The notes under the pieces are model-generated. The model ran no database searches, was not told where the DNA came from, and saw nothing but the letters and a program-made list of their open reading frames with translations. This document shows positions 48,626 to 60,418 of a stretch of DNA of 64,000 nt, piece by piece. The stretch is from Parcubacteria group bacterium GW2011_GWA2_43_13. Its GTDB lineage: Bacteria > Patescibacteriota > Patescibacteriia > UBA9629 > GWA2-43-13. The DNA lies in contig LCFM01000005.1 in the NCBI GenBank assembly GCA_000999025.1, positions 71,087-135,086 on the forward strand, written 5' to 3'. Within the stretch, counting starts at the first letter, position 1. Every line of letters starts with the position of its first letter. The position numbers were made by a program, and so were the translations under genes.

Positions 48626-48674
48626 ACATCACCACTCCGCCAGCTGGCGGACGCTCCCTGTAAAGGAGAGGGGG
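48626..48674 (+). repeat. CATCACC..GGAGAGGGG element with nested TCCGCCAGCTGGCGGA, just upstream of uvrA
   Basis: acatcaccac-tccgccagctggcgga-cgctccctgtaaaggagaggggg. Confidence 0.85.
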
Positions 48675-48682
48675 AAAAAGAT

Positions 48683-51550
48683 ATGCAAGATTATATTTCA
48701 ATCAAAGGCGCGCGGGTGCATAATTTAAAAAATATTTCCGTTGATATTCCGCGCAATAAATTAGTTGTTATTACCGGACTTTCTGGATCAGGGAAATCTT
48801 CTCTTGCGTTTGATACGATTTATGCTGAAGGACAGCGGAGGTATGTTGAGTCACTCTCTGTGTACGCACGGCAGTTTTTGGGGTTAATGGATAAGCCGGA
48901 CGTAGATCAGATTGATGGGTTGTCCCCTGCTATTGCCATTGACCAAAAATCAGCATCCCATAATCCGCGTTCAACCGTTGGTACAGTCACAGAAATTTAC
49001 GATTATCTTCGCTTATTGTACGCGCGTGTCGGGATTCCTCATTGCCCGCAATGCGGTCGGCTTGTTGAAAAGCAGACCATTGATCAGATTGTTGAGCATG
49101 TTCTTGCACTGCCCCAAAAAACTTCAATCGCGCTTGCCGCTCCATTGATTAAAGAACAAAAAGGCGAGCATCGAAAGGTGTTTGAAGAATTAAAAAAATC
49201 TGGTTATGCGCGGGTGCGCCTTGATGGAGAACTCCTGTTATTGGAAGAGGCAGAGGATAAAAAAATTGATCCCAAGAAAAAACATTCCATTGAGGTGATT
49301 GTTGATCGTATCATGATCAGTAAAGAAACAGAGCGTGTTCGATTGACTGACTCGCTTGAGATTGCTCTTGATTTGGGGGATGGATTGGTCATTGTTTTGA
49401 ATACTGATACAGGAGAGGAATATGTGTTCAGTCAGCAGTTTTCGTGCCCTGTGTGCGGAGTGAATTTGCCGTTGTTGGAACCGCGCCATTTTTCATTTAA
49501 CAGTCCGCACGGCGCGTGCCCTGAATGTACTGGACTTGGAACAAAACTTGAAGTTGACGAGGAACTGGTTTTGCCAAATAAAAGATTGACTATTGCGGAA
49601 GGGGCTATTCGACCATGGTCCCGCACTGTGAGCAACCAAACATGGTATATTCGTATGCTTGAGGCAGTCGGCCGCCAGTATGGATTTACTGTTCATACTC
49701 CGTTAAAAGATATTACTCAAGAACATATTAAAATTATTTTGTATGGGACAGGCGTTGAATCATATCAAATCGGGGTTTCATCAGAGAAGTTTCGAGGAGA
49801 ATATGAAACATCGTTTGAGGGTGTGATCCCCAACCTCAAGCGTCGCTATCAAGAGACGGACTCTGATTATATCCGGCGTGAAATAGAAACATACATGAGG
49901 ATTGTTGACTGTCCTGTGTGTCATGGAAAGCGTTTGTGCAAAGATGTGTGGAATGTGACTGTAGGTGGCTGGGCACTGCCTGATGTCGTAACGCTTCCTA
50001 TTGATATATGTGTATCGTTATTTCAAGGATTATCGTCTGACAATGAGCATGAATTAGTGAAAGAGCGATTGACTACCAAGCAAAGTGAAATTGCAAAACA
50101 GGTGTTGAAAGAGATTGTTGCCCGGCTGTCTTTTTTGGATAATGTCGGCGTTTCCTATTTGACTTTGGATCGTGCCGCGACAACATTATCTGGCGGCGAG
50201 GCCCAGCGTATACGTTTGGCAACCCAAATTGGATCAGGGTTGACTGGCGTGATTTATATTTTAGACGAGCCGTCAATTGGGCTTCATCAGCGCGATAATG
50301 ATAAATTGATTGCAACACTGAAGAATCTTCGCGATTTGGGCAATACTGTGATTGTTGTTGAACATGATGAAGATACGATACGAACCAGTGACTATGTTAT
50401 TGACATTGGTCCGGGCGCAGGCAAACATGGCGGATCAGTAGTCGCCCAAGGCACTCCTGATGAGATTTCTAAAAACAAACATTCGCTCACCGGACGATAC
50501 ATTGCTGGAATAAAGACGATTCCGCTACATGGCACCTATCGAAAGGGAAATGGGAAGACCCTTCGTATTTCCGGCGCTTCGGAATTTAATTTAAAAAATA
50601 TTACTGTTGATATTCCTTTAGGGACATTTGTGTGCGTAACTGGCGTGTCCGGGTCAGGAAAATCAACCCTTGTTGCAGAAATTTTGGCAAAGGCGTTAAA
50701 AAAACATTTTCATGGGAGCAAAGATCATCCAGGAGCGCATACTGCCATTATTGGATTGGAGTATTTAGACAAAGTCATTGAGATTGATCAGTCGCCTATT
50801 GGCAGGACTCCCCGATCAAACCCTGCGACATATACAGGCGCTTTTACTCCGATTCGTGATTTGTTTTCCGCAACACCTGAGGCAAAGATACGCGGGTATG
50901 CGCCTGGTAGGTTCAGTTTTAACGTGAAAGGAGGTAGATGCGAAGCATGTCAGGGTGATGGAATGGTGAAAATTGAAATGCATTTTTTGCCTGATGTCTA
51001 TGTGGAGTGTGAGGAATGTAAAGGGCGGCGCTACAGCCAGCAGGTCTTGGAAGTGCATTATAAAGGAAAGAATATTTCCGACGTGCTTGCCATGACGGTT
51101 GAAGAAGCCCATGCTTTTTTTGAGAATATTCCGTCTATTAAAAATAAACTTAAAACATTAGAAGATGTGGGGTTGGGGTATATTCAGTTAGGCCAGTCTG
51201 CAACCACGCTTTCTGGTGGCGAGGCGCAAAGGATTAAACTTGCGACAGAGCTTTCCCGCAGAGCTACAGGGAAAACGATGTATATTTTAGATGAGCCGAC
51301 CACTGGATTGCATTTTGAAGATGTGAAACGCCTGCTTGATGTGTTGCATCGTTTGGTGATGAAAGGAAATACCATTGTAGTGATTGAACATAATCTTGAT
51401 GTTATTAAAAGTTGCGATTGGATTATTGACTTGGGGCCTGAAGGCGGCGACAAAGGTGGAGAAGTCGTTGCCGTAGGCACTCCGTATGATATAGTGAAAA
51501 ATACAAAGAGTTTTACAGGTCATTACTTGAAAAGGGTTCTTAAAAAGTAA
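48683..51550 (+). CDS. uvrA: Excinuclease ABC subunit A
   Basis: [18 protein letters not shown], two LSGGEAQR motifs, Zn fingers. Confidence 0.99.
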   Translation: MQDYISIKGARVHNLKNISVDIPRNKLVVITGLSGSGKSSLAFDTIYAEGQRRYVESLSVYARQFLGLMDKPDVDQIDGLSPAIAIDQKSASHNPRSTVGTVTEIYDYLRLLYARVGIPHCPQCGRLVEKQTIDQIVEHVLALPQKTSIALAAPLIKEQKGEHRKVFEELKKSGYARVRLDGELLLLEEAEDKKIDPKKKHSIEVIVDRIMISKETERVRLTDSLEIALDLGDGLVIVLNTDTGEEYVFSQQFSCPVCGVNLPLLEPRHFSFNSPHGACPECTGLGTKLEVDEELVLPNKRLTIAEGAIRPWSRTVSNQTWYIRMLEAVGRQYGFTVHTPLKDITQEHIKIILYGTGVESYQIGVSSEKFRGEYETSFEGVIPNLKRRYQETDSDYIRREIETYMRIVDCPVCHGKRLCKDVWNVTVGGWALPDVVTLPIDICVSLFQGLSSDNEHELVKERLTTKQSEIAKQVLKEIVARLSFLDNVGVSYLTLDRAATTLSGGEAQRIRLATQIGSGLTGVIYILDEPSIGLHQRDNDKLIATLKNLRDLGNTVIVVEHDEDTIRTSDYVIDIGPGAGKHGGSVVAQGTPDEISKNKHSLTGRYIAGIKTIPLHGTYRKGNGKTLRISGASEFNLKNITVDIPLGTFVCVTGVSGSGKSTLVAEILAKALKKHFHGSKDHPGAHTAIIGLEYLDKVIEIDQSPIGRTPRSNPATYTGAFTPIRDLFSATPEAKIRGYAPGRFSFNVKGGRCEACQGDGMVKIEMHFLPDVYVECEECKGRRYSQQVLEVHYKGKNISDVLAMTVEEAHAFFENIPSIKNKLKTLEDVGLGYIQLGQSATTLSGGEAQRIKLATELSRRATGKTMYILDEPTTGLHFEDVKRLLDVLHRLVMKGNTIVVIEHNLDVIKSCDWIIDLGPEGGDKGGEVVAVGTPYDIVKNTKSFTGHYLKRVLKK

Positions 51551-51555
51551 GCAGT

Positions 51556-52497
51556 ATGGTTGATACCGCGTTGAATAAAAAAATTGTTCATACACTCCTC
51601 TATTATGATTTATTTGATTATCCGCTCACAGGGGTTGAATTGTGGCAGTATGTGATAAGCAAAGAACGATATGGTTTAGCTGAAGTATTAGAAGCGGCTC
51701 GGAATAATAAAGAGATCGTGGAGGAGCACGGTTTTTTTTGTCTTAAAAAAAGAGAGGCCATTATCAATCAGCGTAAGATTGAGTATCTTTTTGCGCTTAA
51801 ACAAAGAAGAAAGATGCAGAAATGGTTGCCCTGTTTTAAGGTGTTTCCTTGTATGAAAGGGCTTTTTCTTTCCGGTCCTATTGCATTAGATGTTTCACGA
51901 GAGAACAGCGATATTGATATTTTTTCAGTCACAGCAGTCCATCGTTTATGGACTGCAAGATTTTTTGTGGTGATGGTATTAAAAATATTTCGCCAGCGTC
52001 CCGGCTTTATTCCGGTATTAGGAAAAAAGAAAGGATCCAATAGAGGAAAATTTTGTTTTAGTATGTGGTGTACGGAGGCGGATATGGATCTTCAGCGTTA
52101 CGCTCTCTCGGATAATGACATTCATTTTGCTCTCTGGCTGAAGCATTTATCTCCAATATGGACTAATGGTGATAATGTGTATAAAAAATTTGTTCAGACA
52201 AATACATGGGTGCGGCAGTATGGAGAATGGCTGTGTGCAGAGCGCAAGGGTTTTTCTCGGTCTATCATTGCACGTTGCTGTGAGTTGGTGTTGAGCATAA
52301 TCCCTGATGGTGTATTTGAGAGAATTGAATGGCACTTGCTTCCTCGATTGACACGCCAAAAGGCACTGGGTTCCGGAACTGATGTTGTTGTGAGCCATGA
52401 ATGTGCTAAACTGCATATTACAGACAGGAGGGAGGAATATAATCGTGCTTGGAGGGGGCGTATCCAAGCATATGAAAGAACAGAAAGCGTTGTATAA
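51556..52497 (+). CDS. Nucleotidyltransferase-fold hypothetical protein
   Basis: LSGPIALDVSRENSDIDIF motif; LLYYDLFDYPLT N-terminus. Confidence 0.65.
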   Translation: MVDTALNKKIVHTLLYYDLFDYPLTGVELWQYVISKERYGLAEVLEAARNNKEIVEEHGFFCLKKREAIINQRKIEYLFALKQRRKMQKWLPCFKVFPCMKGLFLSGPIALDVSRENSDIDIFSVTAVHRLWTARFFVVMVLKIFRQRPGFIPVLGKKKGSNRGKFCFSMWCTEADMDLQRYALSDNDIHFALWLKHLSPIWTNGDNVYKKFVQTNTWVRQYGEWLCAERKGFSRSIIARCCELVLSIIPDGVFERIEWHLLPRLTRQKALGSGTDVVVSHECAKLHITDRREEYNRAWRGRIQAYERTESVV

Positions 52498-53869
52498 TAG
52501 AGGTGCGCGTATTTTTCATGTACTGATGAATGTTTTTTTGGTTTTAGCCTGCGTAGTGCTTCCTTTTCAAACGCGGTGGATTATTGTGCCTGCTTTTCTT
52601 CATGGCGGATATTGGGAATATGGCACGATATCTTTGTACGCAAGTGAGGGTATTGTATGGTGCGCTTTTGTTGCATGGCTTTTTGCGGATGGTCTGAAGA
52701 AATGGAATAAACAGAGCCCTTGGTTACAAGAAATGATGCATTTTTTGATACGGCGCTGGTGGGTGCGTGGAGGTGTTATGGTATGGATTGTGTTGCAATT
52801 GTTATGGGCGCCGAGAACTGTGGCCGAGATCTCATGGCTCATTCATGCCATGAGTGTTTTTGTATTCTATGTTTTACTAACAAAAAGTCAGATACAACTC
52901 AAGGTAATTATTTTGGCCATTGCAATCGGGCTGTCTTTTGCCGGGAGTATGGGGATTGAGCAGTTTGGATCACAACACATTGAAGCGAATACAGTACTGG
53001 GCATTTCAGCGCAAAAGCCAGAAGATGGCGGGGTTTCTGTGATTGAGACGCCGATCAGAAGATGGTTGAGGGCGTATGGCACCTATCCGCATCCGAATAT
53101 ATTAGGAGGTATGATGGTTTTGGGTCTTTTTTGTTGGCTATTATTTTTTATCCTTGCGGACGATTTGGTTGATCCAATTGATTATTGGGGTAGGTTAATC
53201 GGGATTGTCGGAGTTATCGCGACATCATCTGGATTGTGGCTTTCGTTTTCTCGAAGCGCGTGGTTGGGCTGGCTCACAGGCGGAATCTGTGTGTGGGTCG
53301 TGGTGGTTATAAAAAAACGGCATTGGTTTATTCCTGTTTTAAAATGGACAGCGATAAGTGTTGTGGTGTTGGTTGTTGTTTCGTACGCGTTTGATGAGCC
53401 GTTCAGGGCGCGAACATCATTTTTAGCGCGTGAGCCGGTATATGGATATCGGTTGGAAAATCAATCAAATGTTATTCGTATGGCGCAGTGGAAAGAAGCG
53501 TATGAAATTGGTATTATACGGACGTTCGGTGCCGGAACAGGAGTTGGTAATTACACCGCATGGGTAGGTATTATATATCCCTCTCTTCCGGTCTATAACC
53601 TTCAGCCATTTCATGTTACCCTTTTGTTAATGCTGGCAGAACTTGGGCTGATTGGCTTTATCGGAATTGGTGTTCTTGTTGTTCAGTGGATACGACGGTA
53701 CGGTACACATGCATGGGCGGTTTCAATACTCATCGGCTTTGCGGTTATGAGTGTGTTTGATCATTATTGGTGGACGCTTTTTCCCGGTATGGTTGGTGTT
53801 GCTCTTTTCGCATGGCTTATGACGCAAAAGATTTCGACACAGGTGCAATTGCGAATATTTGGGAAATAG
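52472..53869 (+). CDS. O-antigen ligase family membrane protein
   Basis: LRAYGTYPHPNILGG, SFSRSAWLG, GTGVGNY, QPFHV..LAELG. Confidence 0.88.
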   Translation: MKEQKALYNRGARIFHVLMNVFLVLACVVLPFQTRWIIVPAFLHGGYWEYGTISLYASEGIVWCAFVAWLFADGLKKWNKQSPWLQEMMHFLIRRWWVRGGVMVWIVLQLLWAPRTVAEISWLIHAMSVFVFYVLLTKSQIQLKVIILAIAIGLSFAGSMGIEQFGSQHIEANTVLGISAQKPEDGGVSVIETPIRRWLRAYGTYPHPNILGGMMVLGLFCWLLFFILADDLVDPIDYWGRLIGIVGVIATSSGLWLSFSRSAWLGWLTGGICVWVVVVIKKRHWFIPVLKWTAISVVVLVVVSYAFDEPFRARTSFLAREPVYGYRLENQSNVIRMAQWKEAYEIGIIRTFGAGTGVGNYTAWVGIIYPSLPVYNLQPFHVTLLLMLAELGLIGFIGIGVLVVQWIRRYGTHAWAVSILIGFAVMSVFDHYWWTLFPGMVGVALFAWLMTQKISTQVQLRIFGK

Positions 53870-53907
53870 GGGGGATCTCTGGTGGTTTTTTCATGATTGG
53901 ACATGAA

Positions 53908-53948
53908 TTAGCACTCATACTTGACAAGTGCTAATTTTTGTTTATAAT
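53908..53948 (+). promoter_or_regulatory. CIRCE (HrcA operator) overlapping groESL promoter
   Basis: TTAGCACTC-N9-AAGTGCTAA (1 mismatch); TTGACA 53921, TATAAT 53943. Confidence 0.9.
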
Positions 53949-54033
53949 AACCTGTGCATTTTAAAGTATTTTTTAACGAGTCAATAGTGGGGGCTTTACT
54001 TGGTTCTCGCTGATGATGAGTAGTAGTTTTTCT

Positions 54034-54333
54034 ATGGCAGTAACATTAAAGCCTTTGGCTGATCGGGTAATTGTTAAGCCCGAATCACAAGAGGAAGTAA
54101 CAAAGTCAGGCATTGTTCTTCCGGATACAGCACGTGGCGAGCGTCCGGAAAAAGGAGAAGTGATAGCAACAGGGCCGGGTAAGATTCTGGAAAATGGAGA
54201 ACGCCAGTCAATGAGTGTCAAAGTTGGTGACACTATTGTCTTTACAAAATATGCTCCTAATGAAGTGAAGATAGATGATCAAGAACTGCTGATTATTCGT
54301 GAAGACGATATCATGGCAGTGGTTGAGAAATAA
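54034..54333 (+). CDS. groES: Co-chaperonin GroES
   Basis: LKPLADRVIV, TKSGIVLPD, VKVGD. Confidence 0.98.
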   Translation: MAVTLKPLADRVIVKPESQEEVTKSGIVLPDTARGERPEKGEVIATGPGKILENGERQSMSVKVGDTIVFTKYAPNEVKIDDQELLIIREDDIMAVVEK

Positions 54334-54341
54334 TTGATAGG

Positions 54342-56082
<1,741 letters not shown>

Positions 56083-56109
56083 AACAGAGCAAAGAATGAT
56101 ACTTATTTT

Positions 56110-56146
56110 GGAGAGACGCATCGTTGATGCGTCTCTCCTTTTTTTT
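56110..56146 (+). terminator. groEL terminator built from a GAGACG-N11-CGTCTC REP-like palindrome
   Basis: ggagagacg-catcgttgatg-cgtctctcc + tttttttt. Confidence 0.85.
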
Positions 56147-56227
56147 GGATGTTTAGAGTTGTATAAACCGAGTATAAAGAGTACAATAGGCACGTCTTTT
56201 TTGTTTTCATAAAACGAAGGAATCTTC

Positions 56228-57004
56228 ATGAATGATCAATCTGCAGGCGACGTGACTGTTGTTCTTTCTGACCTTCATCTTGGTGATGTGCTGTGCAGGG
56301 CAAAACTGTTGCTCGATTTTTTGTGTAATCGGCACTTTTCTCTGCTTATCTTAAATGGCGATATATTCGCTGATTCTGAGATCGAATGGAGAGATCTTCC
56401 AGCTTATCACAAAAAGGTGCTTGTCAAAATCGGTGAGCTCATGCGTCAGGGTGTTCGTGTCGTGTGGGTTGCTGGGAATCATGATCTGAATATTGGTGAG
56501 ATTCTTCGGCGTTGCTCAGGGCATATGGGCATCATGGATGAGAATCTCTCAATGTGCACAGATTCCTACGCATGGGAACATGAGCGCGTATCGTGTATCG
56601 CGACTCATGGTCACCAGTGGAATCCTCTTGATCAGCTCAACGGGTGGTTCACAATCCTCATCTTGTTGATGTTTGATTTTCTCAAGAAGATTGATGTCAT
56701 TACAGGATGGCGACTCACCCGTCTTCTGAGTCGCAATGCGTTTTTTTGGAAGCGATCCAATCGGTTGGTCCAAAATGGCGCACTCAAGTTCACTCGAAAG
56801 GACAATCCAGAGGTTGTGTGTTGCGGACACACGCATGACCGTGTGCTCTTCAAAATCGACGGGGTAATCTATGCCAACACCGGATGTTGGACAGATCGAC
56901 TTCCGACCGCGCTTATCCTCACAAAGAGTGATATCATCCTGTATGCCTACTCATGGATACATGGATGGCGTGTGCGCGCTCACATCCCCCTCCAGAAGTG
57001 TTGA
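56228..57004 (+). CDS. Calcineurin-like metallophosphoesterase (LpxH-like)
   Basis: SDLHLG, NGDIF, GNHD, HGH, GHTH, NTGCW. Confidence 0.88.
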   Translation: MNDQSAGDVTVVLSDLHLGDVLCRAKLLLDFLCNRHFSLLILNGDIFADSEIEWRDLPAYHKKVLVKIGELMRQGVRVVWVAGNHDLNIGEILRRCSGHMGIMDENLSMCTDSYAWEHERVSCIATHGHQWNPLDQLNGWFTILILLMFDFLKKIDVITGWRLTRLLSRNAFFWKRSNRLVQNGALKFTRKDNPEVVCCGHTHDRVLFKIDGVIYANTGCWTDRLPTALILTKSDIILYAYSWIHGWRVRAHIPLQKC

Positions 57005-57094
57005 CCATCTGGAGGTCTTTTTATTTTATCTTCAAGGTCGTTTATCGGATGTGTTGAAATTTTAATTGAGTGTGGTACAGTATGTATGCATTCT

Positions 57095-58537
57095 ATGTAT
57101 CGAAATACAAAAATTATTTGTACAATCGGGCCTGCGACAGAGTCGCAAAAAATGATTGAACAGTTGGTTAAAAACGGCATGAATATCGCGCGGTTGAATT
57201 TTTCGCATGGCACTCATCAGTATCACAAAACGCTGATTCAAAATATCCGCGTTGTTTCAAAGCGCTTGCATCAGCCCGTTGCTATTTTACAGGATTTGCA
57301 AGGACCGCGAATTCGCATCGGCATACTTACTGAACCGGTTGAGGTAGTGCGCAATGAAAAAATCATAATAGTACCTGAATCAGAATTTAAGTCGCTTGCA
57401 GGAAAGCGCGGTCTTGGGAAAATACTTCCTGTGCAATATGAGGAGTTATACAAAGATCTTCACAAAGACAGTACGATTTTGATTGACGAAGGGTTTATAG
57501 AACTGGAGGTTGTAAAAATAGTAGGGTCTCATATTCACGCGCAGGTTGTTACGTCTGGGATAGTGAAAACCAATAAAGGCATCAACACCCCGGGAAAAGA
57601 ATTATCCGCTGACCCGCTTACTAAAAAAGACAGAGATGATATTCGCTTTGGTATTGAGCACGGAGTTGATAGCATTGCGCTTTCGTTTGTTTCATGCGCT
57701 GATGATATGGTTGTGTTGAAGAAGGAAGTCATGAAGCGTGCGAGGGGTGGCATTACTCCTGCATTGATAGCAAAGATTGAACGCCAAGCGGCAATGGATG
57801 ATATTGAAAATATTATTGTAGAGTCAGATGCCGTGATGGTTGCGCGGGGTGATCTTGCCTTAGAGTGTTCTGCGGCAGAAGTGCCGGTTATGCAAAAGCG
57901 CATTGTTGGCGCGTGTATCAGAAATGCGAAGCCGGTCATTGTTGCCACTCAAATGCTTGATTCCATGATTGAAAATCCGCGTCCGACGCGGGCAGAGGTG
58001 TCTGATGTCGCAAATGCCGTGATTGACCATGCCGATTGCGTGATGCTCTCTGGTGAAACGGCGAGCGGTTCATATCCTCTTGAAGCAGTTGCGATGATGG
58101 AAAAAATTATTGAAGAAACAGAGGCGTCGCCGTATGATGATGCTCCTCGTGAATTTGCTCGTATGTTTCATATGAGCGGAGATCGGCATGCTATTGCCGA
58201 GGCGGCTGTTGATATCGCAATCACGGAACAGGCGTCCGCTCTTGTGATTGCCTCTCTGACCGGCGCAACTATTCGAGCGGTTGCCCAATTAAGACCCGCA
58301 ATGAGGATATTAGGGTTGGTGACTGAAGAGGCGTTAGCTCGGCAATTGATTTTTTCATGGGGAGTGAATCCGTTGGTCATTGCAAAACAGCAGAGTGTCG
58401 GAAAATTAATTGAGGTATGTTTGTCAACTCTTGAAAAAACAAAAATAGCGAAAAAGGGAGATAAAATAGTATTGGTTGCTGGCCAAAAAGTTGGTATCCC
58501 TGGGACTACGAATTTTGTGCAAGTGCAGGAACTGTAA
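57095..58537 (+). CDS. pyk: Pyruvate kinase
   Basis: TKIICTIGPA, RLNFSHG, AKIE, MVARGDL, ATQMLDSM, MLSGETA. Confidence 0.98.
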   Translation: MYRNTKIICTIGPATESQKMIEQLVKNGMNIARLNFSHGTHQYHKTLIQNIRVVSKRLHQPVAILQDLQGPRIRIGILTEPVEVVRNEKIIIVPESEFKSLAGKRGLGKILPVQYEELYKDLHKDSTILIDEGFIELEVVKIVGSHIHAQVVTSGIVKTNKGINTPGKELSADPLTKKDRDDIRFGIEHGVDSIALSFVSCADDMVVLKKEVMKRARGGITPALIAKIERQAAMDDIENIIVESDAVMVARGDLALECSAAEVPVMQKRIVGACIRNAKPVIVATQMLDSMIENPRPTRAEVSDVANAVIDHADCVMLSGETASGSYPLEAVAMMEKIIEETEASPYDDAPREFARMFHMSGDRHAIAEAAVDIAITEQASALVIASLTGATIRAVAQLRPAMRILGLVTEEALARQLIFSWGVNPLVIAKQQSVGKLIEVCLSTLEKTKIAKKGDKIVLVAGQKVGIPGTTNFVQVQEL

Positions 58538-58538
58538 T

Positions 58539-58640
58539 AGCAATCCGAATCTACAAATACCATCCTAATCTACTAATCTACGAATGGCTGAGCTATGAGG
58601 TATTGGTAGATTCGAATGATATTAGTATATTAGGATTGCT
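58539..58640. repeat. ATCCTAATC family inverted repeat between convergent pyk and mutL
   Basis: agcaatccgaatctac ... gtatattaggattgct. Confidence 0.85.
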
Positions 58641-60410
58641 TTATGGGCGTTTAAACCACTTTCGCAATTCTTTATCTGAAATCTCAATTGAACACGGTCT
58701 GCCATGGATGCAGGATTGATTGTGCGGAGTGTTGTGCCATTCTGAAATAAGCGCTCTTTGTTGATCATGTGTGAGTACATCTCCAAATTTTATTGCGGTT
58801 TTACATGCGACGGCTTTCATAAGCGCGTCTTTTTTTTGTTCAAGTGTTGATTCCGCTGTTTGATCTGATCTGATATCGGAAAAAAGAGAAGCAATAGTAT
58901 CATGAATATTTTCTTGTACCATGATAGACGGAAGAGCTGAAATACTGATTGTTGTTGATCCGAATGGCTCAATGTCAAATCCCAAATCTTGCATGAGAGG
59001 ATAGTATTCTTCAAACAGCGCGTACTCCTGCGGAGATAATTCAATTGTGATGGGAATCGCGCACGCTTGAGAAGTGTTCTGTAGAGTATCGCGTTGTTTC
59101 ATCTGATGATAATTGATACGCTCGCTGATTGCGTGTTGGTCTATGAGGAGTATTCCTTCCTGCGTTTCGATAATGAGGTATGATGCGTGTATTTGTTCGA
59201 TAAGGCGCCAGTTATGAGGGATGGCATTTTTTTCAATGACAGATTCTTGGTTTGAATTTTTTGAAAGTGGCGTGTGTGTGAATTCTTGATGTGATAGATG
59301 TTTGTAGAAATTGAACGATTGGGCACTGTCTGCTTTATTAAGTGGCTGCTGAAAACCACGAGGCGATGAGTACGGTGTGCGTTGAGGAGAGCGAGTATAT
59401 GCGTCAATGTCAGTGGGAGAGCTTTGTATGTTTTTTTGAGCAAGAATTTTGCTGATAATATTTTTTATGTTTGAAAAAATAAATTGGGGGTCGCTATATT
59501 TTACTTCGAGTTTTCTGGGATGCACATTTACATCCACTGTTTTGGGATCAATGGTGATATTGATTATGCATGGAGGGTAGGTGTTTTTTGCAATCAGCGA
59601 CCCATACCCATCTTTCACTGCTTTGAGTACAAAATAATCATTCACCGGACGTTTATTGACAAATATGTATTGATTTTCGCGCGTGAAAGTGGCAGAGCGA
59701 GGATGCGCGATAAATCCTTCTATGCTTAGCCGTTCGCTCTGAACAGTGAGAGGGAGTATGTTTTTACTGCGTTCGTTTCCCAACAAAAGCGAAACACGGT
59801 CATGCCACGCTGTATGCGCGGGTAGTGTAAGAACCGGCTTTGAATTGTGAAACACATGCCATTCAACTTCTGGTGTAATGAGCGCGAATTGAGTGATGAG
59901 TTCTATGCAGTGGCGATATTCTGTGTGAGGTGATTTGAGAAATTTTTTTCGAGCAGGGACATTATAAAAAAGGTCCGCGATTGTTATATCAGTCCCGCTA
60001 TTCATTGCATATTCTGTTATCGTGATGCCTTCGTCATCGTGTTTGAGCTCAACGCCAGTATCAGATTCTTGTTTCCGTGTTCTCAAGGTAAATCTGCTCA
60101 CACTTGATATGCTGGATAACGCCTCGCCTCTGAATCCGAATGTTGCGATAGAAAATAAATCATCTAAAGATGAGAGTTTACTCGTTGCGTGTGGCTCAAT
60201 AGATACACGCGCGTCATCAGGTGACATCCCAGCGCCATTATCACTCACATGGATTTTTTTCATTCCGCCTTCTTCAAGTTCAATACTAAAAACAGTCGCA
60301 TGCGCATCAAGCGAGTTTTCAATCAATTCTTTTACAACAGAGGCAGGCCGTTCCACCACCTCTCCTGCCGCAATTTTATTAATGAGTTCTTGTGGGAGTT
60401 TGTGAATCAT
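58641..60410 (-). CDS. mutL: DNA mismatch repair endonuclease MutL
   Basis: IAAGEVVERPASVVKEL, GFRGEAL, DVNVHP, DQHAISER, CIHGRP. Confidence 0.97.
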   Translation of the reverse strand: MIHKLPQELINKIAAGEVVERPASVVKELIENSLDAHATVFSIELEEGGMKKIHVSDNGAGMSPDDARVSIEPHATSKLSSLDDLFSIATFGFRGEALSSISSVSRFTLRTRKQESDTGVELKHDDEGITITEYAMNSGTDITIADLFYNVPARKKFLKSPHTEYRHCIELITQFALITPEVEWHVFHNSKPVLTLPAHTAWHDRVSLLLGNERSKNILPLTVQSERLSIEGFIAHPRSATFTRENQYIFVNKRPVNDYFVLKAVKDGYGSLIAKNTYPPCIINITIDPKTVDVNVHPRKLEVKYSDPQFIFSNIKNIISKILAQKNIQSSPTDIDAYTRSPQRTPYSSPRGFQQPLNKADSAQSFNFYKHLSHQEFTHTPLSKNSNQESVIEKNAIPHNWRLIEQIHASYLIIETQEGILLIDQHAISERINYHQMKQRDTLQNTSQACAIPITIELSPQEYALFEEYYPLMQDLGFDIEPFGSTTISISALPSIMVQENIHDTIASLFSDIRSDQTAESTLEQKKDALMKAVACKTAIKFGDVLTHDQQRALISEWHNTPHNQSCIHGRPCSIEISDKELRKWFKRP

Positions 60411-60418
60411 AGTAGGTA

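Noticed and set aside
48262-48682. N-terminal extensions of UvrC (to 48438) and UvrA (from 48575)
   Set aside because: Conserved domains start at ATG 48261 and 48683; the extensions translate the small cassette and a repeat. The same reasoning applies to the extended starts at 18532, 20538, 23470 and 42392.
56228-57004. Lipid A biosynthesis (true lpxH)
   Set aside because: Only generic metallophosphoesterase motifs are present, and there are no other lpx genes in the window.
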